Assembly: GCA_028534125.1 (NCBI GenBank)
Contig: CM052817.1
Coordinates: 79,114,001-79,178,000 of the forward strand
Reading direction: 5' to 3'
Source of the DNA: Lama glama
Taxonomy: Eukaryota
Length of the DNA stretch: 64,000 nucleotides
The notes under the pieces are model-generated. The model ran no database searches. It was not told where the DNA came from and was given only the letters and a program-made list of their open reading frames with translations. Position 1 is the first letter of the stretch. Each line of letters begins with the position of its first letter. Of the stretch, positions 52,707 to 64,000 are shown piece after piece. A program made the position numbers and the translations under genes.

Positions 52707-52820
52707 AGGGGTAGGGTATAGCTCAGTGGTAGAATGCACACTTAGCATGCACAAGGTCCTGGGTTCAATCCCCAGTACCTCCATTAAAAAATAAATAAAT
52801 AAATATTTAAAAAGGAAAAA
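52707..52820 (+). mobile_element. tRNA-Ala-derived SINE directly after an L1 tail
   Basis: gggtatagctcagtggtag...cttagcatgcacaaggtcctgggttcaatccccagtacctcca followed by (AAAT)n. Confidence 0.88.
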
Positions 52821-53844
52821 ACCTCACTACCTTGATGATCTAACTTCAAAAAAAAAATCAAGTCAAGCAGGTTATGGTTATAATAATTTACATTCTGATT
52901 ATTTATAAAGTATGAAGTGATTATTTTCCAGCCTTGTAAACAATTATTATTGCTTATTAATTATTCCCACATCCATCTTCGAAGTCCATATTAATCATAC
53001 AACTGTGTAACTAATTGCCACTGCAGACATGATAACCAATTAGAGAGCTATTGTTCACAGTACAATATAAAAGCACTGCAGTTGATTCTGAGATTCAAAC
53101 TGGGAATTCAAATCAAGTCTTACTATACCTTGATAAAGAGAGGTGTGTGTGTGTGTGTATATATATGTATATATGTACATATGAGAATTTGCTTATGACA
53201 TTATATTTAAAATAAACCACTTACTTCATTAACAACAGTTCTATTCTAGTAGAGCAAAATAGAAAATGTGGGAAATTATCTGAACGTCTCAGGCCAAAAC
53301 TTTCCCCATAATTATTCACCTAAATGAGACTATTTTTTCCTTCTCTTGAATTATTAAAATAATCATCTTTCATTTCACTTTCATATTATCAACTTAGGCA
53401 AAACTCAGTATTTTGTTATTTTTAGCCCTTCTACATGGTCTTTCTTTGTGCCTAAAATTAGTAAATATTTTCAGTGTTACAGTCATCACATGGACAGCTT
53501 ATCCTACCATAAACATGACTGAAGCTAAATCTTCCCTTATTAAAGACAAGTTATATCTGCATTCCATATTTCAACTTCAAGAACCCCTGCGCTGGTTTCC
53601 AAAAGAACGGAGTATTTATTAAAATTGCAGTCACTCCTCACATCCCACTTTAATTAAAAGATTATGATCCTCCACTTAGACACTGACTCTTGGACTGGGT
53701 TAGGAAAGCCATGTCTCCTAGGTTCCAGGAGAAGCTCGTCAAAGCTCGTCAGTTCTGAGTGGAAGAGTGCCCTTTATTTCATTGTACCCATTTCCTCCAT
53801 CCTAACCTCTCACTGTTTTAGGTCCTGGGTCTTTAGAAGTTTAC

Positions 53845-54160
53845 CTAGGGACAAAGTGAAACCAAGAGTGGCCCCTGCTTACCATCGCAGAAAACTTCCA
53901 TCTCCGGTTGTTCCAGCCCCTCCGTGCAGGGTTCCCCGTTAGCCGCCTGTAACTGAAGCTGCGACCCTCCGCGCACCAGCCCGATGCGGTGCTCCAGGAC
54001 TTGTGATGGCGTAAATCGAGGAAAAAGCATCTGGAAGATGAAGTTGTTATTTCCCAAACTAACATTGCTGGGAGGGTACTTAGGGCACACTGGTGAGAAC
54101 TTTACTCCTGCCCGTCAGTCTTCCCACCAACGTTCTAATCACGTAGGACAGGCAGCCTTG
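53845..54160 (-). other. SMIM43: Predicted non-coding SMIM43 exon
   Basis: Acceptor ctgtcatttcAG (54161-54162) and donor tag|GTaaac (53843-53844). A candidate upstream donor ctg|GTaagg lies at 54342-54343. Confidence 0.45.
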
Positions 54161-54689
54161 CTGAAATGACAGCTTCGCTCTTCCTGTCCTTTTCCTGTTG
54201 CCCTGCAACGTGTAAACTGTCTCTTTTCTCCAGCCCTCCATAGCAACCCCGAGGACTCTTCCAGTGACTCCCACTCTAACGCTCATCCTCCTGCTGCTCC
54301 AGATTACAAGCCTACCCGCCACAGCAATGCGCAGGCACCTTACCAGGCCGGCGTCTACAACAGCAGTAAGGATCAAGGGGGAAGAAGAGATTCCTCAAAA
54401 TCTGGGCTGCTGAATCCTGTCTCCTGGCACTGCCAATTGAACCCCATTTAGCGTCTACCAAAGCATAATGATACTTAAAGTATTTGGAATACTTCAAGTG
54501 CAGCCTGTTTCCTCCCGCCTCCTTTCCCAAAGGTTAGGCTGGCATTCAGTTTTGTTTGGAAGTAGCTGGACTGAATCGTCTGAGTAATTTAGTTTTCTTC
54601 CCCTTGGGTTCAAGATAAAATGCAGCTAGACTGGGAAGAAGAGCTTGCAGGTGCTCAAAGCCATTTCAGCTCCAAGAGCTTAACTTTTC

Positions 54690-55490
<801 letters not shown>

Positions 55491-55994
55491 ATGGCTGGGG
55501 CTGGTTATTTTGCAAATGATCTTAATATTCCCAACCCTAACATACAATGAGGTCTCTAGCCCCTCCCTTCTTAATAAATTTATTTCATTATTTTTCCCTG
55601 TCCAAGCTTTCCCAAAGGGCAGAAGATACCATAGCCCAGAGACCAAATGTATTAAAGGTGACAGTGAAGGTGGGATCTAAAGAGCTGTGAGATGACTTAA
55701 GGGTGCCCGAGTGAACGCCAGTTCAAGCTGCCTTGCTCTTCAGAGTTGCAGATGCACTCAATATAGACTGCACTTTGCTGTGGACAAGTCATTCATAAAA
55801 TCATTAAAGAGAAAACGCATTTCAACAGTTACATTGTACAAAGTCTTCCAATGTTGACCTAGAATACAGTTTCTTTGGTGGAAAGCAAAAACAAAGCCAC
55901 ACAACAACAACAAAGTGCTCCTTTAAGCCCGTAAGGCCTCTCTGTATCTGACTAAGATCACCCACAGTCCATATGGTACAGCTTTGAAAGAAAT

Positions 55995-56580
55995 CCAGTT
56001 TATCTGTTGCTGTGTAACAAACTACCCCAAAACTTCACGGCTTAAAACAACATAAACATTGGTAAAAATAAACATACCCCTAACAGTTTCTGTGGGTCAA
56101 GAATTTAGGAGCATTTAGATGGGTGACTTTGACTTTGGGTTTCTTGCAAGTTTGCAGTCAGGTTCACCAGTGTGGTAGTCACCTGAAGGACTGTCTGGAG
56201 TTGGAGAATCCGGCTCCAAAGTGGCTCACTTACATGGCTTCTAAGTAGTGCTGGCTGTTGGTAGGAGGCCTCGGTTCCTTACAATATGGGCTTCTCCACA
56301 GGGCTGCTTGGCTGCACAACCCTCTGCTGACTTCCCCTTGAGCACCAGAGCTGAGAGCTGAGAGCATGTCCCCTAACAATCCAAGAGAACAAGGCAGAAA
56401 CTGCAGCTCCAATTACGGCTGGCTTCAGAAGTCACATACCTTCATTTCTGCGGTATCCTACTGCAGAAAGACTTCTGCAGGTCACACAGGTAGGTCAGCC
56501 CTATTCGATGTAGGAGTCCAAGGACATGAACACCAGGGGTAAGGCTCATTGGTGGCCATCTTGGAGTCTGGCTACCAGAG
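55995..56580 (-). mobile_element. MLT1-type LTR just upstream of the SMIM43 promoter
   Basis: ttgctgtgtaacaaactaccccaaaact..ggcttaaaacaa..tctgtgggtca..ggccatcttggagtctggctacca. Confidence 0.8.
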
Positions 56581-57106
56581 CTGCTAACACAATAGGTTAT
56601 CATTGTCCACTCCATGAGCCTCCGACTTTATCGCATTCTTTGTGAAGATACAGGAAAGGGCCCTGGGCTGAATTCAGGGAATAAGGCCTTACATACACAT
56701 CCCAAATTATTTAATAGGCTTCCTATAATAAATAACTCTTCCAGTAATAGCAGGGGGGTTCAAAGAAACAGGATGGAAAAAAGCTGTGACCTAATTCTGG
56801 TCGTAGGAACACATGTCAGTGGTTGCTTCAGCTCTCTGACTCTCAGTCCCCTCACCTGTAACACACCTTGCTCACTATTTCCTTGGCTTTGTTGTGAGGA
56901 ACAAAAACAAGTGGGATGCTGAGTAAGAATGCATTTTACTAAACACTATTATTATTCTGTTACTGAGAGTCCCCAATGTTATAGCCCTGCTGTACCAAAT
57001 TCCCAGGTCCTAGGCCTCTCCACCAAGTATCTTACAGTGTAAGGAATTTCTTGATCCCTCAAACTCTCTCCCTCTCTCTCAGTAACATTGTTAATCTACC
57101 TCATGG

Positions 57107-57495
57107 GCAGTGGTATGCTGGAACTGGCTCATAAAATTTTTTCTCAAAAATTTTGCAAGCCATTTGCTAAAATTCAGCTATGATTAAAAATTAAATCATA
57201 TAAACTTACAATTAAATAAATTATGTTAACCACAAAGGTAGTAAATACTCGAAACTCATACTCAAGCTTCCTAATTATTTTACTACATTTTACTGTTATC
57301 TATGCACTTGAGATTATTTACATGTCGTAGCTGTATAGCTGAAGTGTTATTAAACAGTATTTTACTGCTGTGCTTAGATGTCATGTAGGTAGCTTGAAAT
57401 TGGCCCCAGTGGACGTATTTGCCCTGTGGAAATGTACAGATGCCACAAATCAGGGCCAGAGAGCCAGTTGTTAACAGTTACGAGCACAGCACTGC
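57107..57495. mobile_element. MER63-like hAT DNA transposon
   Basis: Starts cagtggtatgctgg, ends gagcacagcactg (TIR-like); internal cttcctaattattttactacattttact. Confidence 0.75.
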
Positions 57496-59346
57496 TCATG
57501 TAGTTAATAAGGAAATTTTGAAGTCTCATACAGGTAAAGCAGGATCTGTGATTTTTTTTTTTTTGACCTCCCAGAATCCACACACCTCCACTCAAAGCAT
57601 CACATATTCCAACTGGTAGAATTCTCCATTTTATGCCATCTTGGCAAAAGGACAGATCCCAGTGACTACTTTCTACTGCCACCTCCCATTATGGAAACCA
57701 AGGGGGTCAGATACGTCTTTTATCCACTCCTGATACAATGCAAGGAGGAAGGAAGGAACAGCCAAGCCAGAAACTCACCCAAATATCCTTGATTCTGGGA
57801 CTATGAAGCAAGGAAGCGGATGCAACAGGAGAGAATGGAAGTCAGATGCATCTGTGTGCAGAGGCGCTTCCAAGCCAGACCAGTCCTGGGAGTGCTGGGC
57901 GTGGCTCTTGCTGCCTGCTCCCATGGCATCCTAGACTCCTACCCTTTTTCTAAACTTGGCCTTCCTGCCTCTTTTCTATTCTATGAACTTCCACCGGTTT
58001 TCCAGTTAATCTCCTTACTGCAGGGGAGTATAGTGCTTAATGGCAACTTGCTTATGGATGAGACTACTGACTGATAAAGAAAGCATTACTTACACACTTT
58101 GCATATGTTAAGTGCTCATTATCAACAAGGTTTGGTCGAAAAGGCATATCCCATTTGGCACATTGCCATCCAGATATCCAAGCCATCATTAAGGATGGAC
58201 ACTGAAGCACAGAGAGGTTAAGTGACATGCTCAAGGCCACACAGCTAGCAAGAAGCAGAACTGGAATATGAGCCCAGGGAGTTTGGCTCCAGAGCCTGCA
58301 TTCTCAATCCCCATGGCACACTGCTTCAGGGGGAAAAGTGCCCTTTTCTTGTGCATAACTGTCAAATTAAAGACTTTTTTTTTTCTTTCGAGTGTCAAAT
58401 GTTAAAGAAACAAATTTTAAGTGACACTTCTGCTTACGTACATCTCAGCTCCTTCCTTTGAAATCTTGAAGGTCAAAGCTTCAAATGAGCCAGGGTTTGC
58501 CTGCAAAATACTGGGGAAAGAGGCCAAGAAATGAGGGTTTTGTGTCACCAAGCCCAAACCCATTTCAGCCTTCCCAAGCATAGCTATTTAGATTATCCAT
58601 TTCTCTGAGCAGCTTAAACAGATTCATAAATATTAACTAATAAATCCTCATATTCAGTCTCAATAAAATTTGTATTTAAAATAATATTGCTGCCGCAAAA
58701 ATAACTTGTTACATTTATTAGATGCTCCCAATGCTTTTTAGCCTCTGGTCATATTTATATATTTCATATGATGGTCTGAATTTCAGTTTATATTATTATA
58801 AATAACTCCATGGAAATAAGACAGTTTTCTCTGCCTAAATATGCTTATTAATGGAAACCCATAGAAAGAAAATCTAAGAATTTTAAGAAGCAGAAAAGAT
58901 ATTCACTGCAGATCAGAGCTTGGCTGGTTCTAGCATCTAAAAAGAAGGTCCTGGTGTACTAATTGCCAAGGTGGAGGGAGGCTGTGTCACTACAATGCCA
59001 TACCACTGCCCACAGAGTGGGCCCCACTCCGCGTATGCTTTCATTAACACAATAAGCCTCATAGGCAGGCTTTCAATTCCTCAATCCCGTCCTCACGAGG
59101 TCCTCATGAGTCTCAAAGCCACTGCTCCAGGTCCTGGTCTGTGGATATCTATGGTATGTAGCAGGATAGGGTTCTCCAATCCTTTCCCTGCTTTGTTCCT
59201 CCACACCCTCACCTCCAAAAGGGAGGGGTTCTTTTATCCTAACAAGCATCAAAGGTATTTATAAGAAGTGATTAATAGTAGCAGTAGAAGTGTTTGTCTT
59301 GTAAATGTGCCTCTTTAAAGAGTCTAACGACCTAAGACACCTATGA

Positions 59347-59520
59347 GGAGGGGGAAGATACAACTCAGTGGTAGAGCGTGTGCTTAGCATGCACAAGGTC
59401 CTGGGTTCAATCCCCAGTACCTCCATTTAAAAAAGAAAAAATTTTTAAAAAAGAAAGAAAGAAGAAGAAAAGGAAAAAAAAAGAAAACGAAAGGGAAACA
59501 AAACAAAACAAGAGAAAAAA
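59347..59520 (+). mobile_element. tRNA-Ala-derived SINE with a long A-rich tail
   Basis: Same tRNA-like head, ~90-nt A-rich tail, partial TSD aagacacc. Confidence 0.88.
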
Positions 59521-60907
59521 GACACCCAGGAAGGGCTGTCAAAATTTACTGTCAGGATCTCAGGATGGAACTTACTTGGACTTACCTGTTGGGGGTACTT
59601 GCAGGATGCAAAAGAGATGGCCAGGTACCTTTCTAAGGCTGACTCAGTTAGGCCTGAAATGAACCCAAAAGAAATAGAGAAAATATTTTGTACCATGTTC
59701 TAGCCTCAAAATGTGTTGTTAACCATGCTTAGTAACACTGGGTTCTTAAGTAACTGTATACCTTTCCAGACACTGTGGACCATAAAAATTGGGTTACAAG
59801 TTTCTGTTTAGATGGGGTGTCTTTTAAAGCATGTGCTGGGAATGAGATTTATACACTGTGAAAGTTTACAGGCCCTAAGAAGCTCTGTCCTAACTAGTCA
59901 GGGCCTGAATCAGTCCCAGTGATCCCAGCAACCCTTAATCACCCCAAAATATCCCCACTATACTATAGACCTTCCTCTGACACAACCGTCTCCCTTGCTC
60001 CTGCTCCATATACAAGTGGTAGGTAGCACCGTATTCATTTCTAGAAGATACAAATTGGGCTTCCTTGGAATTTCCCCTTACTTATACACTTTATGACCCC
60101 TACAACCCTCAAGAACAGCACAGAAAAATCTGAGAATGTTCACTGTATTAGGAGATAAAAGTGAGTTGTTTTATCTCAGGGAGTCATCTAAAGTTAATCA
60201 GCAATTATTGCAGCATGCCAACAATAGGATTTGTTCCCACACGCTCACCTCTCTCCCAGTCTATCCCCCAAAAGTGACTTGGGCAATTATGCAATGTTTA
60301 CAACATGAGATATCCTTCAGAAAATAAGCAAAATGTATGTAATAAGCTGCTTAAATCTGATGTGTACATTTAGAAATTCCAGTGAGTTGGAAGTAGGGAA
60401 GGAAGGAAAGAACGGCAGAAGGGAGGAAGGGAAATCTAAGGAAGAAATTTATTCAGGGGTGTGTAGAGATCATCCTATGTGGGTAGCCTTTGAAATCCAG
60501 AATTCACCACTAAGAACAATTCTACAGAAAAAAGAACAATGACAACTCTAGACCCTGTCCTTAGTTTAGAAAGTCTTAAAACACAACAGAAAATACCCAA
60601 GTCTGTTCAATATTTTAAAAGAAAAATATTAAGTGACAGATCTGGTAACGGCCAAATATTTTTTCTTTAATTTAGACTCTTTCCAGTAAGTTAGCAGGAA
60701 CATTGGAGAAAGTTGATGTGACTGTGGCTGACCCTAGACTTGATCAATTCTATGTCATGCAGCAAAATAAAAAGTCTGAAGATTATATAGAGCAACGTAT
60801 CCTTTGTTCAGCACAACTTAAATAATGACAGAGGGAAACTGTCACCACTAATGGAAGGTCTGCCAGCTTCCATAGGAGCTGATAATGATCAGAGCTGTGG
60901 GTTTGCA

Positions 60908-60908
<1 letters not shown>

Positions 60909-60951
<43 letters not shown>
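60909..60951. repeat. (AC)n microsatellite; others at 23896-23922, 38119-38272, 39288-39318, 40190-40355, 51469-51492
   Basis: Visible directly in the sequence. Confidence 0.95.
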
Positions 60952-60956
<5 letters not shown>

Positions 60957-61889
60957 ATGAGATAAAACTGGACTGCCCCAGGGGAAAGAGGAATTAGAAA
61001 ACAGTAGAATTTGTTGTGACGCATACTCCCTTAGTGAAATGCTGGCTTGTGAGCTCTAATGACCCAACAACCGGAGTCTGCACTCTTGGCTCTGGGGATT
61101 CAAGTCATTCTCCAGGCATATACATGCACACACTGTAGTTCAGACTGGCAGTGAGCAGACTTGGGTCCCAGTCTGGTACACTCTACCCTATACTGTACTG
61201 TATAATGCTGTTAGTGTTTCCAGTCCTATGGACTTGGACATGTATCCTGGCTTAGTTTCTTGTTTAGTTTCTTGCTACCTTGGACACCTTTGGTTGCCCT
61301 CCAAGCACCTCTTCCCTCCTTCTTCCTTATTAATAGAATCCTGACTCTTGTCAAGTATCTGCCTCTTTCCCATGCATCCCTTGTGACTTAGAGGAAACTC
61401 TTTTGGGGAAGTGGCTCCCCATTGGTCTAAAGCCATTCAGGGAATATGACTAATTTTTTTGGGGGGGGGCCAGAAGGGGGCATATGATCTAAATTGACCT
61501 AATCTAATTGAAAAAATAGATTATTAGTCAGTGTCCAAAAGAGAAAACAAAACAACTATAGGTGTTTAAAATAGGGAAATTTAATGCTGGGAATTGGTTA
61601 CAAGGCTACTGAATGGGTAGGAGGAAAAAGAAGATAAGTATCACAAGATTGTAGCCACATGGGCTAGAAAAAGCCAAAGGGCAAATAGAATTACATAGAG
61701 CCTCCTGCCCAGAGCCCGTGATCCCTGTTGCCATAATTTATATCCAAGACTTCTCTTGGAAGACTCAAGCCTTCAAACAGACTCCCTACTTCCAAAATAT
61801 TTTATCAGATTCTGCTAGTGAAATTGTTGCCTAGGTGGGGAGATAGATTCCTAGTGCTTTCTAATCTATAATCTTTCTCAGAATTCTTT

Positions 61890-62785
61890 TATTTTTAATT
61901 GTGGTAAAATACACATGGGATAAAATTTACCTTCTTAACCAGTTAAGTATACAGTTTAGTGGTATTAAATACATTCATAATGTTGTGCAACCATCACCAC
62001 TGTCCATCTTCAGAACTCTGTCATCCTGCAAAACTAAAACTTGGTACCCATTAAAAAGTAACTCTCCATTTCCCCCTCCCCCAGCCCTGGAAACCACCAT
62101 TCTACTTTGAATCTCTACAAATGTGACTACTCTAGGTACCTTATATATGGGAAATCATACAGTGTTTGTCCTTGTATGACTGGCTTATTTCACTTACCAC
62201 GATGTCCACAAGGTTCATCCCTATTGTAACATAAGTCAGAATTTCCTTCCCAAAGCTGAACAGCATTTTGTAAAGGTTAATTTCATGTGTCAACTTGACC
62301 AGACCACAGGGTGTCCAGACATTTGGTCCAACACTATCCTGGGTGTCTCTGTGAGGGTGTTTCTGGATGGGATTAACATTTGAATCAGTAGACAGGAAAG
62401 CAGGTTGCCCTCCCCAGTGTGGGTGGGACCTATCCAATCAGCTGAAAGACTGAAAAAAGGCTGACCCTCCCATGAGTAGGAGACCCGGTTGCCTTCAAGT
62501 TGGTACTTGGTTTTTAACCACTGCCTTCAGACTTGAACTGAAACATTGGCACTCCTTGCTTCTTGAGCTACTGTTTTTCAAACTGGAATTGCACCATCAG
62601 CTCTTCTGGGTCTCCAGCTTGCCAATGGCAGACCTTGGAGCATCTCAGCTTTCATAATTACGTGAGCCAATTCATTATAATAAATCATATCTATTTCTGG
62701 GTCTCTAGCTCACTAGATCTCCCATTTGCTCTGCTTCTCTGGAGATCCTTGACGAATATGTATTCCACTGTATGTATGTACCACT
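61890..62785 (-). mobile_element. Old L1 3' end interrupted by an MLT2-type LTR (~62268-62757)
   Basis: L1M-like ttgtgcaaccatcaccact..gactggcttatttcactta resumes as tattccactgtatg after the insert. Insert begins tgtaaaggttaatttcatgtgtcaacttgac (MLT2 by recall). Confidence 0.8.
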
Positions 62786-63045
62786 CTTACAGCTATCCTT
62801 CACTTTGAGTAAAACAGGAGCTTTACCATATGATCTAGAATATTAAAATCATCTACTTTGGCTATAAGTTACAGGGAGGGATCACATATCCCTCCTGAAG
62901 AATATGTCCTGAGAAGTTTGAATATTCTTAGTACAGAAAGTCACACTACTATTTAGTATATGTGAAAAGGTTTTCTGTATTAAGAGAGGCCAATTCCACA
63001 GTCATTGAGCTATGTATGGGCTTGGTATTATTGCCTCTGTGATAT

Positions 63046-63716
63046 TGTTGCAGAAAAACATGTTACAGCTCAGTGTTACAGCTCAGTTGTGACAGCAACC
63101 TGGATCCGGGTGAGACACCAAGCAGCACTCAGAGAGTCGAAGAACTCAGGTTTATTACACCAGCAGGCCCAGAGAAGTTAACATTTCAAGCTCTGAACCC
63201 CATCTGTAGGTTTACACAGGCTTTTATAGGCTGCCAGTTTACACTTTGCAACATCATATGCAAATAAGGTATAACCAAAGTTAACTAACTAGGAACAAGC
63301 TTTGTAGAAATGGACCAATCAGGAGGGAGAAAAATAACCAATCAGGAGTGAGCCCCATGCAAACGAAGGAAATACTACAAATGCAACCAATCAGGAGTGA
63401 GGGAAACGGACCAATCAGGAGTGAAAGAAAGAACCATTTACATGGAGCTCACTCCATGTAAATGAAGTACTACAAATGGACCAATCAGAAGTTAGGGAAA
63501 TTGACCAATCAGGAGTGAATGAAATAACCAATCAGGAGTGAGTTCAGGGAACCAATAGAATTTTTAGGGATAGGTTTCACTTTCTTAGAAGTAAGCCATT
63601 TCAGAGGCAAAAAGTGAGATAGATCCTCTGGGCCAGGGAACCAGATGGTGCTGGCAGGAGAGTAGTGGCCCTGCCTGGGGGTCCTGCTGGTCTTTTTTAT
63701 GGGGCTTCCCAACTCA
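63046..63716 (-). mobile_element. Solo LTR of the same family as the 4293-12392 provirus
   Basis: TG...CA ends; TSD ATAT at 63042-63045 and 63717-63720. Colinear with the proviral LTRs. TATA at 63222-63228, AATAAA at 63151-63156, eight CCAAT boxes, 13-bp tandem duplication at 63061-63086. Confidence 0.96.
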
Positions 63717-64000
63717 ATATGTCATATTAGAAGACCCGTTGTCATAAATACTGGTTGGATTCTATAACAGAAACTCCTGGTGAGAGACTAACGCCTCCAC
63801 TAGGAAATGTACCTGGATATTCCTTCTGTAATCACCACCATACACCAGCCAACAAATGACTGCTCACCCAAGCCTCCCTCTGATTTTTGCATCAGTGGTG
63901 AATCAATCCAAGGAAACTTCTAACCCTCCCCATGGAAATCATTACTTCAGACTAAAGGCTGTTGGCTGGGGACAGGCAAAGCTTCTATGTATTGATTCAC

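Noticed and set aside
52714..52783. tRNA-Ala(AGC) genes here and at ~47890 and ~59355
   Set aside because: They have extra purine-rich 5' leaders, A-rich tails, stem mismatches and (for two) partial TSDs, so they are SINE copies rather than functional tRNAs.
63310..63560. CRISPR-like array (repeated accaatcaggagtga)
   Set aside because: These are LTR U3 enhancer repeats with short, related spacers in eukaryotic DNA; no cas genes.

Overview
This is mammalian genomic DNA, most likely from a camelid, judging by tRNA-Ala-derived SINEs and young lineage-specific L1 3' ends. There are no prokaryotic features. The one clear host gene is the 63-aa micropeptide gene SMIM43 (NEMEP, formerly TMEM155; - strand, CDS 54980-55171). 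It sits in a CpG island and is followed by several predicted non-coding exons, two of which carry a disabled copy of the old TMEM155 ORF. The left of the window holds a two-LTR class I (gamma-like) endogenous retrovirus (4293-12392, - strand, GTAG target duplication). It has a tRNA-Thr primer site, a gag-pol amber readthrough pseudoknot, mutated RT/IN/NC key residues and an internally deleted env. A solo LTR of the same family (63046-63716) lies ~8 kb upstream of SMIM43 and points at it. Two MER41-like solo LTRs with STAT-type motifs lie downstream of the gene. The rest is ordinary L1/L2/MIR/MaLR/MER repeats and microsatellites. I found no wholly new system. The best leads are the env-deleted provirus with an apparently homogenised LTR core, LTR regulatory cassettes flanking SMIM43, the SMIM43/TMEM155 exon architecture, and two L1 insertions at one target site. 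Gene and repeat-family names are from recall, and coordinates of old repeats are approximate.
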